NCBI GenBank assembly: GCA_030765185.1
Contig: JAVCDE010000027.1
Location: 46,132-110,131, forward strand
DNA: 64,000 nt
Direction: 5' to 3'
Source of the DNA: Candidatus Aceula meridiana
GTDB lineage: Bacteria > Omnitrophota > Gorgyraeia > Zapsychrales > Aceulaceae
Every line of letters begins with the position of its first letter. The first letter of the stretch is position 1. This document shows positions 18,979-29,181 of the stretch, piece by piece. Below the pieces are notes generated by a model. It had not been told where the DNA came from and did no database searches. It worked only from the letters and a program-made list of their open reading frames with translations. The position numbers and the translations under genes were made by a program.

Positions 18979-19715
18979 TTCCTTGTTTGGATGTCAAAAA
19001 TGGCCGCGTAGTTAAAGGCATTAATTTTGTTGAATTGCGTGATGCCGGAGATCCGGTCGAGTGTGCTAAGACCTATGACCAGGCACAGGCCGATGAAATT
19101 GTATTTTTAGATATTACGGCAAGCCATGAGAAACGCCCAATCTTTTTAGATGTTGTAAAAAAAACAGCAGAACAAGTTTTTATGCCCTTAACCGTTGGTG
19201 GAGGAATCAATAGTGTTGAAGATATCCGCGAACTTTTAAACGCCGGCGCAGATAAAGTTTCAATAAATACCTCTGCGGTACAAAACCCTGGGCTAATTAG
19301 CGAATCTGCAAAACGATTTGGAAGTCAGTGCATCGTAGTCGCCATTGATGCTAAAAAGAAAAAAGACTCTTGGGAAGTTTATACACACGGCGGCCGCACG
19401 GCAACAGGCAAAGATGCTATTGTCTGGGCTAAAAAAGCAGAAGAATTAGGCGCCGGAGAAATCCTTTTAACCAGCATGGATTGCGATGGAACCAAAAACG
19501 GATTTGATTTACCGCTAACCAAGACTATTTGTGATGCTGTCAATATTCCGGTCATTGCCTCAGGCGGTGCCGGTTCATTAGAGCATTTCTACGATGTCTT
19601 TACGAAGACTTCAGCCGATGCAGGTCTTGCCGCGTCAATATTTCACTACGGAGAGATTCCGATTGGCGATGTTAAAAAGTACTTAAAAAATAAATTAATT
19701 GGAGTAAGAACATAA
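18960..19715 (+). CDS. hisF: Imidazole glycerol phosphate synthase, cyclase subunit
   Basis: 251 aa. [23 protein letters not shown] and ASGGAG. Confidence 0.92.
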   Translation: MLTKRIIPCLDVKNGRVVKGINFVELRDAGDPVECAKTYDQAQADEIVFLDITASHEKRPIFLDVVKKTAEQVFMPLTVGGGINSVEDIRELLNAGADKVSINTSAVQNPGLISESAKRFGSQCIVVAIDAKKKKDSWEVYTHGGRTATGKDAIVWAKKAEELGAGEILLTSMDCDGTKNGFDLPLTKTICDAVNIPVIASGGAGSLEHFYDVFTKTSADAGLAASIFHYGEIPIGDVKKYLKNKLIGVRT

Positions 19716-20065
19716 TGATTAAAGAAGAAATAATTCTCACAACACAATCTGTTAAGAAACTAAAGTTTAACAAAGAAGGACTTATTCCGGCTATTGTTCA
19801 AGACTACAAAACAAAAAATGTCTTAATGCTAGCCTATATGAATTTGGTCTCTTTAAAGAAAACGATCAAAGACGGAAAAACATGTTTTTGGTCAAGGTCC
19901 CGTAAAGAATACTGGACAAAGGGCATGACCTCAGGACATTTTCAATTTGTTAAAAATATCTATTATGATTGCGACTTAGATACATTGCTGATTGCTGTGC
20001 GTCAAGTGGGCGGAGCATGCCACACAGGAAAAAAGACATGCTTTTATCGTAAATTAAAGAAATGA
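19715..20065 (+). CDS. hisI: Phosphoribosyl-AMP cyclohydrolase (HisI domain only)
   Basis: 116 aa. C-x16-C...CH Zn/Mg motifs ([20 protein letters not shown]). No fused HisE pyrophosphohydrolase domain. Confidence 0.85.
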   Translation: MIKEEIILTTQSVKKLKFNKEGLIPAIVQDYKTKNVLMLAYMNLVSLKKTIKDGKTCFWSRSRKEYWTKGMTSGHFQFVKNIYYDCDLDTLLIAVRQVGGACHTGKKTCFYRKLKK

Positions 20066-20124
20066 ACCCACCCCGGGTAATGCACGGGATTTTTGGGCGA
20101 AATGCTGAGCGGCTTTAACCACGC

Positions 20125-21636
20125 ATGTATAATATGAGCTATCCAACAAAAAAAGAATTTCTAAAACTAACAAAAAAAGGAAACCTTATTCCTGTTTATC
20201 AGGAAATCTTGGGAGACCTTGAAACACCGGTGGGAGCCTATCTTAAGTTTGCCCATAAGGCAAAGTATGCTTTTTTGCTAGAATCCGTCGAGGGCGGAGA
20301 GAAGGTGTCGCGCTATTCTTTTTTAGCCAAAGACCCAAAAATGATTTTCAAAAGCCAAAACAATAAGGCTGAAATTATTACTTTTGAAGAATCCGGAACT
20401 AAAAAAACAACGCGTCCTATCAAAGGAGAACCTTTAAAAATCGTTGAAGAAATTATGTCCCAATACAAATTTGTCCCGGTTAAGGGCCTTCCAAGATTTT
20501 GTGGTGGCTTTATCGGCTACATGGGCTACGACACAGTACGGTTTTTTGAAAACCTTCCCAAAAAACCTAAGGATGATTTAAAGCTTCCAGACATCGTGCT
20601 GTCTTTGACAAAAACTTTAGTTATTTTTGATCATCTTAATCATACGATTAAGATTGTTTCATGCGTTCATGTTAACCCAAAAGACAACGCCCGTAAAAAA
20701 GCGGCAGCTTATGATAAAGCACAAGAAGCCATTGCCAAGGTTATTCAAGAGCTTAAAACATCCTATCTGCCAGAACCTAAGTTTTCAAAAAAAATAAAGA
20801 AGCAGAAAGTCACATCCAATTTTACAGAAGCTAAATTTAAAAAAGCTGTTGTTGAGGCCAAAAAGAAAATTCGTGCAGGCGACATTATTCAGGTCGTTCT
20901 TTCGCAGCGATTCCAAACAAAAATTCATACTGACCCGCTTAGCATTTATCGAACGCTTCGAAACGTCAATCCATCTCCTTACATGTATCTTTTGAGATTT
21001 GATGACGTTCATATCGTCGGTTCATCTCCAGAACTTCTCATCCGATGCGAAAATGATGTGGTCGAAACTCGACCCATTGCCGGCACTCGCCCACGGGGAA
21101 AAACAGACAAAGAAGACGAAGCCCTAGCCAAAAGCCTTTTGGCAGACCCTAAAGAACGCGCAGAACATATCATGCTTGTTGATCTTGGAAGAAACGATTT
21201 AGGACGCGTTTGTCGACGAGGGACTGTTAAACTTTCCGAATTTATGAAAATCGAGAATTATTCACATGTCATGCACATTGTCAGCAACGTTCGAGGAATT
21301 CTAAAAAAGGGCAAAACGATTTTTGATGTTATTCGCGCAGGATTTCCTGCCGGAACTGTCTCTGGAGCACCAAAAATCCGCGCCATGGAAATTATTGATG
21401 AGCTTGAACCCGTATCCCGCGGACCATATGCCGGATGCATTGGGTATTTAAGCTTTTCCGGAAACTTAGACACCTGTATTACTATCCGAACCATTGTAAT
21501 CAAGAATAAAACAGCTTATATCCAAGCCGGAGCAGGCATTGTAGCTGACTCAAATCCAAAAAAAGAATACATTGAAACGCGTAATAAGGCTAAAGCGCAA
21601 ATTGCAGCTATTGAAGCTGCACATCAAAATTTCTAA
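20125..21636 (+). CDS. Anthranilate synthase component I family (TrpE/PabB-type chorismate-utilising enzyme)
   Basis: 503 aa. Chorismate-binding C-terminal domain (PIAGTRPRG, PVSRGPYAGCIGY, AGAGIVADSNP). The PIAGT variant is TrpE-like. No trpG/trpD partner in the window. Confidence 0.75.
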   Translation: MYNMSYPTKKEFLKLTKKGNLIPVYQEILGDLETPVGAYLKFAHKAKYAFLLESVEGGEKVSRYSFLAKDPKMIFKSQNNKAEIITFEESGTKKTTRPIKGEPLKIVEEIMSQYKFVPVKGLPRFCGGFIGYMGYDTVRFFENLPKKPKDDLKLPDIVLSLTKTLVIFDHLNHTIKIVSCVHVNPKDNARKKAAAYDKAQEAIAKVIQELKTSYLPEPKFSKKIKKQKVTSNFTEAKFKKAVVEAKKKIRAGDIIQVVLSQRFQTKIHTDPLSIYRTLRNVNPSPYMYLLRFDDVHIVGSSPELLIRCENDVVETRPIAGTRPRGKTDKEDEALAKSLLADPKERAEHIMLVDLGRNDLGRVCRRGTVKLSEFMKIENYSHVMHIVSNVRGILKKGKTIFDVIRAGFPAGTVSGAPKIRAMEIIDELEPVSRGPYAGCIGYLSFSGNLDTCITIRTIVIKNKTAYIQAGAGIVADSNPKKEYIETRNKAKAQIAAIEAAHQNF

Positions 21637-21702
21637 TAACAATCTTGAAATGTAATCAAAAACAGTTAATATAGTATAATTATCAATAGAAAGAGGGGTA
21701 AA

Positions 21703-21951
21703 ATGGAAGTACGCATTAGATTACAGCGGATAGGGAAATCAGCGAAAAAGCGATACAATTACCGCATCGTAGCTATTAAAAAACAAGCGAAGCGTGATTC
21801 TCGCACTCTTGATATCCTTGGCTATTACGATCCTGCAAAAAAGCCTGCGGTTGTTTCTCTTGACCAGCAAAAGCTGGAAAAATGGATCAAGCAAGGTGCT
21901 CAGATGAGCGACACTGTAAAAAACTTAGCAAAAAAATTAAAAAAAGCATAA
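21703..21951 (+). CDS. rpsP: 30S ribosomal protein S16
   Basis: 82 aa (MEVRIRLQRIGKSAKKRYNYRIVA...LGYYDP). Promoter-like TTGAAA...TATAGTATAAT upstream. Confidence 0.9.
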   Translation: MEVRIRLQRIGKSAKKRYNYRIVAIKKQAKRDSRTLDILGYYDPAKKPAVVSLDQQKLEKWIKQGAQMSDTVKNLAKKLKKA

Positions 21952-21981
21952 AAACATCTTTACTAAAGAAGCGAGGTTACT

Positions 21982-22263
21982 ATGGGCGGAGAATCAGCCG
22001 TTAATCCTATGGGCATGCTTATTCCTTATGCCTTAATTTTTGCAGTGTTTTACTTTTTAGTTATTAAACCGCAAAAAGATAAACAAAAGCAGCACGAGGC
22101 TATGGTTGGTGATTTAAAAAAAAATGACGAAGTTGTAACCTCCGGAGGTATCCACGGAACAGTTGTGAATACAAAAGATGCCACAATTACTGTTCGTGTT
22201 GATGATAATGTAAAAATCGAAATCGACAGATCCGCAGTGCTGCGCGTGATCAAAAAGACTTAA
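21982..22263 (+). CDS. yajC: Preprotein translocase subunit YajC
   Basis: 93 aa. Single TM then the conserved YajC motif (KKNDEVVTSGGIHGTVV). Sits directly upstream of secDF. Confidence 0.75.
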   Translation: MGGESAVNPMGMLIPYALIFAVFYFLVIKPQKDKQKQHEAMVGDLKKNDEVVTSGGIHGTVVNTKDATITVRVDDNVKIEIDRSAVLRVIKKT

Positions 22264-22281
22264 AATAAGGAGTTTTCAACA

Positions 22282-24489
22282 ATGAAGAGCTTAAAAACTC
22301 GCCTACTTATTATTTTTGGGGTTATCATTGCCTCAATCTACTTTGCCTTTCCACTTGAAAAACGTATCAATCTTGGGCTTGACCTTAAAGGTGGCATGCA
22401 CTTGGTTTTACGTGTTGAAACAGAAAAAATTTCCGAGGATGCACGAAAAGATGCTGTTGTTCGAGCCATGGAAATTCTACGCAAACGTATTGACGGGATG
22501 GGCGTTGGCGAAACGCTTATTCAGAGGCAAGGTGACAACCAAATTCTTGTTCAATTGCCTGGCGTTACAGACCGTGATTCTGCGATGGCCATGATCGGAA
22601 AAGTCGCCCAGCTTTCTTTTAAGCTTGTCAGCAATGATCCGAACCTTTTAAGTCAAGCCATTGCAGGAGAGATTCCTGAAGGATATGAGCTTAAATACAC
22701 TGAAGATGATGATGGCAGCAAACGACCGCTCCTTGTCGAAAAAGAGATTGCATTAGGCGGACAAACAGTTAAAGATGCCCGCGTAGATTTTGATCAAACC
22801 GGTTTTGGCCAACCTCATATTTCTCTAACACTAAATAGTGAAGGCGCAAAAACATTTGGAAGAATTACTCAAGAAAATATCGGCAAACAGCTTGCGATTA
22901 TCTTAGATGAGGAAGTTATTTCAGCACCAAACATCAAAGATTCAATCTTAAGCGGAAATGCACAAATCACAGGACGTTTTTCATTTGATGAGGCTAACCT
23001 TTTAGCATTATCTTTGCGTTCAGGTGCGCTTCCGGCTCCAATGAAAATCGAAGAAGAGAGGACTGTTGGCCCACTCCTTGGAAAAGACTCTATTGAGGCT
23101 GGCATCAAAGCTACTGTTGTCGGTGGCATTGCCGTTCTTATTTTTATGTTTGCCTGGTATTTTATTTCAGGACTTATCGCGGACATTGCTTTAGCTTTAA
23201 ACCTTCTTATGATCGTAGGCGCTATGGGATTCTTGAATATGATGATGCCGGATGCGCAAGCAACACTTACTCTGCCTGGCATTGCGGGTATTATTCTAAC
23301 GCTTGGGATGGCTGTTGACGCCAATGTTCTGATTAACGAGCGTATTCGTGAAGAAATTGCCAACGGCCGGCCATTGCAAGCTGCCGTCAGTAATGGTTTT
23401 AACAAAGCATTTAAGGCAATTGTTGACTCAAACATGACAACGCTTATCGCTGCTTTTATGCTCTTTCAATTTGGCTCTGGTCCGATTAAAGGTTTTGCGG
23501 TTACTCTTTCAATTGGTTTAGTCATCAGCCTTTTTACAGCACTGTTTGTCACAAAAGCACTTTTTGATCTTCTCATTAATATAAAAATTTTACGCTCGCT
23601 TCCGAGTCTACGCCTGATTAAAGGAACAAAAATTGACTTTGTTGCCAAGCGTTACTTTTGCTACGTTATCTCGACAGTTGTTCTTGTTGCTGGGATGCTT
23701 GCGCTCTTTTCTAAAAAAGATGCAGCCTACGGCATTGACTTTGTCGGAGGCCAGGTTCAAGAATATCAATTTGAAAATCCGGTAGCCGTGGATGATATCC
23801 GCACCTCTTTGTCTAACAAAGGCTTAAAAAATATTGTTATTCAACAGTTTGATAAAAGCCCAGAAACAATCATGATCCGCACCTCAGATGATAGCTATGA
23901 TACGGTTTCTCAAACGTTTAAAGATGAATACTCAGATAATTCCTTTGAGCTTCTGCGTGTTGAGAAGGTCGGACCAGTCGTTGGAAAAGTTCTGCGTAAG
24001 CGCGCGCTCTTGGCTATGTTGTTTGCTTTAGCCGGAATTTTGATTTTTGTTGGATTCCGCTTTAAACATTTTGACTTTGCTGCCGCTGGTGTCATTGCTC
24101 TTTTACATGACGTTGTTATTACCCTTGGAATCCTTGCCATGACAGGACGTCAGATTGACTTGTTGGTTATCACGGCGCTTCTAACAATTGCAGGTTATTC
24201 CATAAACGACACTATTGTTATCTACGACCGTGTCCGTGAAAATCTCCTTAAAGCCAAAAAGACAACCTTACGCGATGTGATTAATTTAAGCGTTAATCAA
24301 ACTTTAGGACGGACTGTTTTGACAACAGTTACAACGCTTCTCGTTGTTACGGCCCTTTACTTTCTAGGCGGCCACGTCCTTAACACTTTTGCGTTTTGTC
24401 TTTTGATTGGATTTATTTCCGGAACCTATTCAACAATTTTTATTGCGTCACCGCTCGTTTTAATTTGGCAAAAAAAAGTAAAACGATAG
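22282..24489 (+). CDS. secDF: Protein translocase subunit SecDF (fused SecD-SecF)
   Basis: 735 aa. 12 TM segments in two 6-TM blocks with periplasmic P1 domains. SecD/SecF signature (GMAVDANVLINERIREE). Confidence 0.9.
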   Translation: MKSLKTRLLIIFGVIIASIYFAFPLEKRINLGLDLKGGMHLVLRVETEKISEDARKDAVVRAMEILRKRIDGMGVGETLIQRQGDNQILVQLPGVTDRDSAMAMIGKVAQLSFKLVSNDPNLLSQAIAGEIPEGYELKYTEDDDGSKRPLLVEKEIALGGQTVKDARVDFDQTGFGQPHISLTLNSEGAKTFGRITQENIGKQLAIILDEEVISAPNIKDSILSGNAQITGRFSFDEANLLALSLRSGALPAPMKIEEERTVGPLLGKDSIEAGIKATVVGGIAVLIFMFAWYFISGLIADIALALNLLMIVGAMGFLNMMMPDAQATLTLPGIAGIILTLGMAVDANVLINERIREEIANGRPLQAAVSNGFNKAFKAIVDSNMTTLIAAFMLFQFGSGPIKGFAVTLSIGLVISLFTALFVTKALFDLLINIKILRSLPSLRLIKGTKIDFVAKRYFCYVISTVVLVAGMLALFSKKDAAYGIDFVGGQVQEYQFENPVAVDDIRTSLSNKGLKNIVIQQFDKSPETIMIRTSDDSYDTVSQTFKDEYSDNSFELLRVEKVGPVVGKVLRKRALLAMLFALAGILIFVGFRFKHFDFAAAGVIALLHDVVITLGILAMTGRQIDLLVITALLTIAGYSINDTIVIYDRVRENLLKAKKTTLRDVINLSVNQTLGRTVLTTVTTLLVVTALYFLGGHVLNTFAFCLLIGFISGTYSTIFIASPLVLIWQKKVKR

Positions 24490-24517
24490 ACGCTATAAGT
24501 CAAAGACCCTCACAGAG

Positions 24518-26407
24518 ATGTTTAGATCGCTGAAATTTTTTGTCGCCCAGACTGTGTCAAGCGAAACAATCCTCAAAAATCTTGTTGCATTTGGCTACAC
24601 GCATGTGGATGCCATTTTAGAAGAAGGGGACTTTTGTAAACGCGGTGGAATTATTGATATCTTTCCAACCAACTTTGATTCGCCGGTACGCATCGATTTA
24701 GACGATGACAAAATCCGTTCAATTGCCAGCTACAATCTCACAACAGGAAAATCCATCTGGCAACACCACATTGTCATTATCCTTCCTAAAAGAAAATCTA
24801 AAAAAGACAACTTTTCTTCCGAGACACCATTAAATAATTTTGTTGATGTCGCCCAAGGCGATTATGTTGTTCATAACAACCATGGCATCGGAAAATTCTT
24901 AGGCATTGAAGAACGTGTATTCAAAGATGAAAAAAAGGAACACCTTGTTCTTGAATACGCAAACGGAGACAAACTTTTTGTTCCTAAAAATGATATCCAC
25001 TTAGTACAAAAATATGTTGGCTTTACCAAAAAACCACCGCGCCTTTACCGCCTTGGTTCGGGAAAGTGGAAAAAAATCCGCGCGCGTATTCAAAAACGTA
25101 TTCAACAATTCGCCGCTGAGCTTTTGCATATTCAAGCCTTAAGGGCAAGCCTCGAAGGTTTTTCATTTGACAAGAATAATTCTTGGCAAAAAGAATTTGA
25201 AAAGAACTTTTCTTTTAAAGAGACTCCGGATCAAAAAAGGGCCTGGCAAGAAGTTAAGGCTGATATGGAATCTAAATACCCGATGGACAGGCTTATTTGC
25301 GGCGATGTCGGCTATGGGAAAACCGAAGTGGCTATGCGGGCCGCCTTTAAGGCCGTCATGAATAACAAGCAAGTTGCTATATTAGTCCCGACAACAATTT
25401 TAGCGGAGCAACATTATTATAATTTCTTAAAACGAGTTAAACAGTTTCCGGTTGAAATCGCGATGCTCAACCGATTCCGCACGCCCAAAGAACAAACTGA
25501 AATCATTAAGAGTCTTGCTAAAGGGGGCGTTGATATTATTATCGGAACACATCGCCTTTTGTCAGATGATATTATCTTTAAAGATTTGGGACTTGTTATT
25601 ATTGATGAGGAACAACGTTTTGGAGTGAAGGCTAAGGAAAAACTAAAACGTTATCGGCTTTTAGTTGATGTCTTGACATTAACGGCAACGCCAATTCCGC
25701 GCACCCTTTACATGGCTATTACAGGGGCTCGTGATATGTCAGCAATTAATACACCACCGCAAAATCGTATTCCTGTTTCAACTCATCTTATTGAATTTGA
25801 CGAAGATATTATTAAAGACGCCATCTCCCGAGAACTTCGGCGAAAAGGGCAAACGTTTTTTCTCCATAATCGGGTTGAAGATATTGATAAAATTGGTAAT
25901 ATTATAAAAAAGCTTGTTCCCAGGGCGCAAGTCTGCGTAGCTCATGGGCAAATGCCTGGTCGCCTTTTGGAAAGAATTATGTTACAATTCTTAAAAGGTG
26001 ACATAGATATTCTCGTATGCACCACGATCATTGAATCTGGCATTGACATCCCGAACGCCAATACCCTTCTTGTTAACAGGGCTGACCGTTTTGGTTTGGC
26101 CGATTTACACCAATTGCGCGGAAGGGTTGGCCGCTTTACAAATAAGGCATATTCTTATTTTATTACACCTCCAAAAAATGCAATTTCACCACAGGCTAAA
26201 TCAAGACTTGAGGCTATTGCCAAATACAGCGGGTTAGGGGCAGGATTCAATATCGCATTTGAAGATTTGCAAATCCGCGGAGGAGGAAATTTGCTCGGGG
26301 AACAGCAACATGGATACATTTCTTCCGTTGGGTTTGATTTATATTGCCGTCTTTTAAAGGAATCTGTTGAAAATCTAAGAAACGCACACAAAGGAGACAC
26401 CGAATGA
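24518..26407 (+). CDS. mfd: Transcription-repair coupling factor Mfd, minimal form (lacks the UvrB-homology module and C-terminal D7)
   Basis: 629 aa. D3-like region (GGIIDIFPTNFDSPVRIDLDDDKIRSI). RNAP-interacting CarD-like domain (LVLEYANGDKLFVPKNDIHLVQKYVG). SF2 helicase motifs GDVGYGKTEVAMRAAF, DEEQRFGV, TLTATPIPRTL and HQLRGRVGR. Confidence 0.8.
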   Translation: MFRSLKFFVAQTVSSETILKNLVAFGYTHVDAILEEGDFCKRGGIIDIFPTNFDSPVRIDLDDDKIRSIASYNLTTGKSIWQHHIVIILPKRKSKKDNFSSETPLNNFVDVAQGDYVVHNNHGIGKFLGIEERVFKDEKKEHLVLEYANGDKLFVPKNDIHLVQKYVGFTKKPPRLYRLGSGKWKKIRARIQKRIQQFAAELLHIQALRASLEGFSFDKNNSWQKEFEKNFSFKETPDQKRAWQEVKADMESKYPMDRLICGDVGYGKTEVAMRAAFKAVMNNKQVAILVPTTILAEQHYYNFLKRVKQFPVEIAMLNRFRTPKEQTEIIKSLAKGGVDIIIGTHRLLSDDIIFKDLGLVIIDEEQRFGVKAKEKLKRYRLLVDVLTLTATPIPRTLYMAITGARDMSAINTPPQNRIPVSTHLIEFDEDIIKDAISRELRRKGQTFFLHNRVEDIDKIGNIIKKLVPRAQVCVAHGQMPGRLLERIMLQFLKGDIDILVCTTIIESGIDIPNANTLLVNRADRFGLADLHQLRGRVGRFTNKAYSYFITPPKNAISPQAKSRLEAIAKYSGLGAGFNIAFEDLQIRGGGNLLGEQQHGYISSVGFDLYCRLLKESVENLRNAHKGDTE

Positions 26408-27363
26408 AGAGTAAGTTACTTTTTCTATTAATCATGACATCATTTATCTTTCCTTCAGCGAACTGCTTTGCTTCAACAAGCTATGAGGATAAAATCATTG
26501 CTGTTGTTAATGATGATGTTATCACGTTGAAAGATTATAAAGAATATCTCGGAATCATTCAAATGAGCCTTGTTTCTTCCGGGCGTAGCCAAGAAGAAAT
26601 TGATGAAATTATGAGTTATTATCAAACGAATGGGCTAAAAAGCCTTATCGATGATAAGCTCCTTGTCGATGCAGCAGACGCAAAAGGGCTTACCATCCGG
26701 GACGAAATGATCGATAAGCGTATTGAAGAACTTAAAGAAAAATATCCTTCTGAAGAAATGTTTTTGAAAGATGTCGTTTCTCAAGGAATGACTCTTACCG
26801 ATGTCCGCCAAAAAATTATAAACCAGCTTAAGGCCAAGTATGTCGAAGAAGCCGAAGTCCGCTCAAAGGTTTTTGTAAGTCCTCAAGATGTTAGTCTTTT
26901 TTATTTTGAGAATAAAGAGAAATTTCAACGTCCAGCGAGTGTTGACCTTGACTCTATTTTTATAGCCTATAACGATAACCCTGAGCAAACGAAAGACAAA
27001 ATTAAAGAAATTCTGGATCTCGTCAAAAATCCGCAAAAACTTCCGGAAAGTCAAAGATCCTTTAAAGACATTGCTAAGAAATTCTCAGAATCCCCATCGA
27101 TTGGAATCATCCAAAAGGGAGAAATGCTTCCAAAAATTGAAAAAGTCGTATTTAGCTTAAAAGTGGGAGAAACCTCCGGCCCTGTTGAAGCGAATTCAGG
27201 AATTTTTATTTTTCACCTTAAAGAAAAAATTCCGGAAGAACTTGCTAAGCTTGAAGAAGTTAAAAATAAAATTTATGATTTTCTTTTTCAGCAGCGCCTT
27301 ACTGAACAGCGTAATGCATGGCTTGATAGCCTAAAACAAGACGCCTACATCGAAATCAAATAA
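26404..27363 (+). CDS. Periplasmic peptidyl-prolyl isomerase/chaperone (SurA/PrsA-like)
   Basis: 319 aa. Signal peptide, SurA-N-like helical domain and a parvulin-type PPIase region (IIQKGEMLPKIEKVVFSLKVGETSGPVEANSGIFIFHL). Confidence 0.6.
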   Translation: MKSKLLFLLIMTSFIFPSANCFASTSYEDKIIAVVNDDVITLKDYKEYLGIIQMSLVSSGRSQEEIDEIMSYYQTNGLKSLIDDKLLVDAADAKGLTIRDEMIDKRIEELKEKYPSEEMFLKDVVSQGMTLTDVRQKIINQLKAKYVEEAEVRSKVFVSPQDVSLFYFENKEKFQRPASVDLDSIFIAYNDNPEQTKDKIKEILDLVKNPQKLPESQRSFKDIAKKFSESPSIGIIQKGEMLPKIEKVVFSLKVGETSGPVEANSGIFIFHLKEKIPEELAKLEEVKNKIYDFLFQQRLTEQRNAWLDSLKQDAYIEIK

Positions 27364-27382
27364 ATTCTTAAAGAGATTCCTC

Positions 27383-28324
27383 ATGCCTAAAATTAAAAAA
27401 CCTAACATTGTCATTACGATGGGTGACCCTTGCGGAATTGGACCGGAAATTATTGCAAAAGCTTTGTGTCACCCTCAAGTAAACAAGCTCGGTAATTTTC
27501 ATATCATAGGTGATTATCAAGTCTTTTCAAAATATGCAAAAAAACCCGTAGCCAACACAACCTTTCTCGATTTAAAAAATATTTCCAAACCTCTTGAAAT
27601 TGCTACGGTAAACAAAAAAGCAGGACAGGCCTCTCTGGAATATTTAGATACAGCCTTGAGTTTGCTTAAAGCAAAAAAGTTCTCAGCCCTTGTAACAGGA
27701 CCGGTTTGCAAAGAAGCTGTTCAGATGGTAATTCCAAAATTTAAAGGCCACACTGAATATCTGGCCAATTTTTTCGGCATTAAAAAATACGATATGATGT
27801 TCGTTGTAGATCAATTAAAAATCGTCGTGGCAACCCGTCACATCCCATTATCAAAAGTTTCGAAAGCTATTACTTTAAAATCAATTTATCAAACTATTGA
27901 TTTAACCGCAAAATCTCTCAAGACATTCTTTAAATTAAAAAATCCGAAAATTGCTATTTGCGGGCTCAATCCTCACGCGGGAGAAGGAGGGGGCATCGGC
28001 AAAGAAGAAGTAACAACTATCACTCCTGCAATAAAAAAAGCTCAGCGCCTTTATCCTAAAGTCTTAGGCCCTTTTGCTGCGGACACACTTTTTTGCCCAT
28101 CTGCTTTAAAGAAATTTGATGCCGTTATTGCCATGTACCACGACCAAGGCCTTATCCCAACGAAAGCAACATCCTTTAATAAGCTTGTTAATTTTACAAT
28201 TGGACTTCCTATCATCAGAACGTCACCGGCACACGGAACAGCCTTTGACATCGTTGGAAAAAATAAGGCAAATCCTTCCTCGATGATCGAATCAATTAAG
28301 CTAGCTGCCCGGCTTGCAAAATGA
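27383..28324 (+). CDS. pdxA: 4-hydroxythreonine-4-phosphate dehydrogenase
   Basis: 313 aa. PdxA family motifs (ITMGDPCGIGPEI, GHTEYLA, AICGLNPHAGEGG). Confidence 0.85.
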   Translation: MPKIKKPNIVITMGDPCGIGPEIIAKALCHPQVNKLGNFHIIGDYQVFSKYAKKPVANTTFLDLKNISKPLEIATVNKKAGQASLEYLDTALSLLKAKKFSALVTGPVCKEAVQMVIPKFKGHTEYLANFFGIKKYDMMFVVDQLKIVVATRHIPLSKVSKAITLKSIYQTIDLTAKSLKTFFKLKNPKIAICGLNPHAGEGGGIGKEEVTTITPAIKKAQRLYPKVLGPFAADTLFCPSALKKFDAVIAMYHDQGLIPTKATSFNKLVNFTIGLPIIRTSPAHGTAFDIVGKNKANPSSMIESIKLAARLAK

Positions 28325-29121
28325 AAAAGCTTTCTTCTGCAATAAAACCAAAAAAACGCTTCGGACAAAACTTCCTTATTAATCCTCACATCGTTAATAA
28401 AATTATTCTCGCCTGTGATCTTAAGTCCTCAGATTCAATCGTTGAGATTGGTCCAGGAAAAGGTGCTTTAACAGGTCACATTGCTCCCAAAGTAAAAAAT
28501 CTATTTGCCATTGAAAAGGATAAAGTTCTTGCAAAAGAACTCTCCGGTAACCTTGAAAATAAAAATATCACTTTTTACAATGCGGATTTTCTCAAATTTA
28601 ATCTTGAAAGTCTCGGGAAGAGATTAAAGGTAGTTGGGAATATTCCATACTACATTTCGTCACCGATTATTGAAAAAATAATCAACAACCGAAATTTTAT
28701 TGACAGCGCTTTTATTATGGTTCAGCTTGAATTTGGCAAACGTCTCGTTGCTAGTCCACACTCCAAAGACTATGGCTCTCTAAGCTGTTTTATCCAGTAT
28801 TACTATAAGCCAAGCCTTTTATTTAAAATTAAAAATACTTCATTTTACCCTCACCCAAAAGTCCAATCCTGTTTCATGCGACTTGACCCTGTAGAGGACT
28901 CATCTCTTAAAGCTAAAGACGAAAAATTACTATTTCAAATTATCCGCCAGGCCTTTCAGCAAAGACGAAAAACACTTCGCAATTCCCTTGCCGCATTACT
29001 TAAAATACGAAACTCTCAGGATGTTTTTGAGAAACTCAATATTGATCCGCGCTTGCGTGCTGAAAATCTCTTCTTAAAAGACTTCATCCGCATTGCAGGC
29101 CACGTACACTCTAACTGTTAG
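28321..29121 (+). CDS. rsmA: 16S rRNA (adenine1518/1519-N6)-dimethyltransferase
   Basis: 266 aa. FGQNFLINPHIVNKI and VEIGPGKGALT SAM motif, NIPYYISSPI. Confidence 0.85.
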   Translation: MKKLSSAIKPKKRFGQNFLINPHIVNKIILACDLKSSDSIVEIGPGKGALTGHIAPKVKNLFAIEKDKVLAKELSGNLENKNITFYNADFLKFNLESLGKRLKVVGNIPYYISSPIIEKIINNRNFIDSAFIMVQLEFGKRLVASPHSKDYGSLSCFIQYYYKPSLLFKIKNTSFYPHPKVQSCFMRLDPVEDSSLKAKDEKLLFQIIRQAFQQRRKTLRNSLAALLKIRNSQDVFEKLNIDPRLRAENLFLKDFIRIAGHVHSNC

Positions 29122-29181
29122 AATTATAAAAAAATTATCCGACAATGGATAGTTGATAAAAAGAAGGGGTGGTTTAACGAA

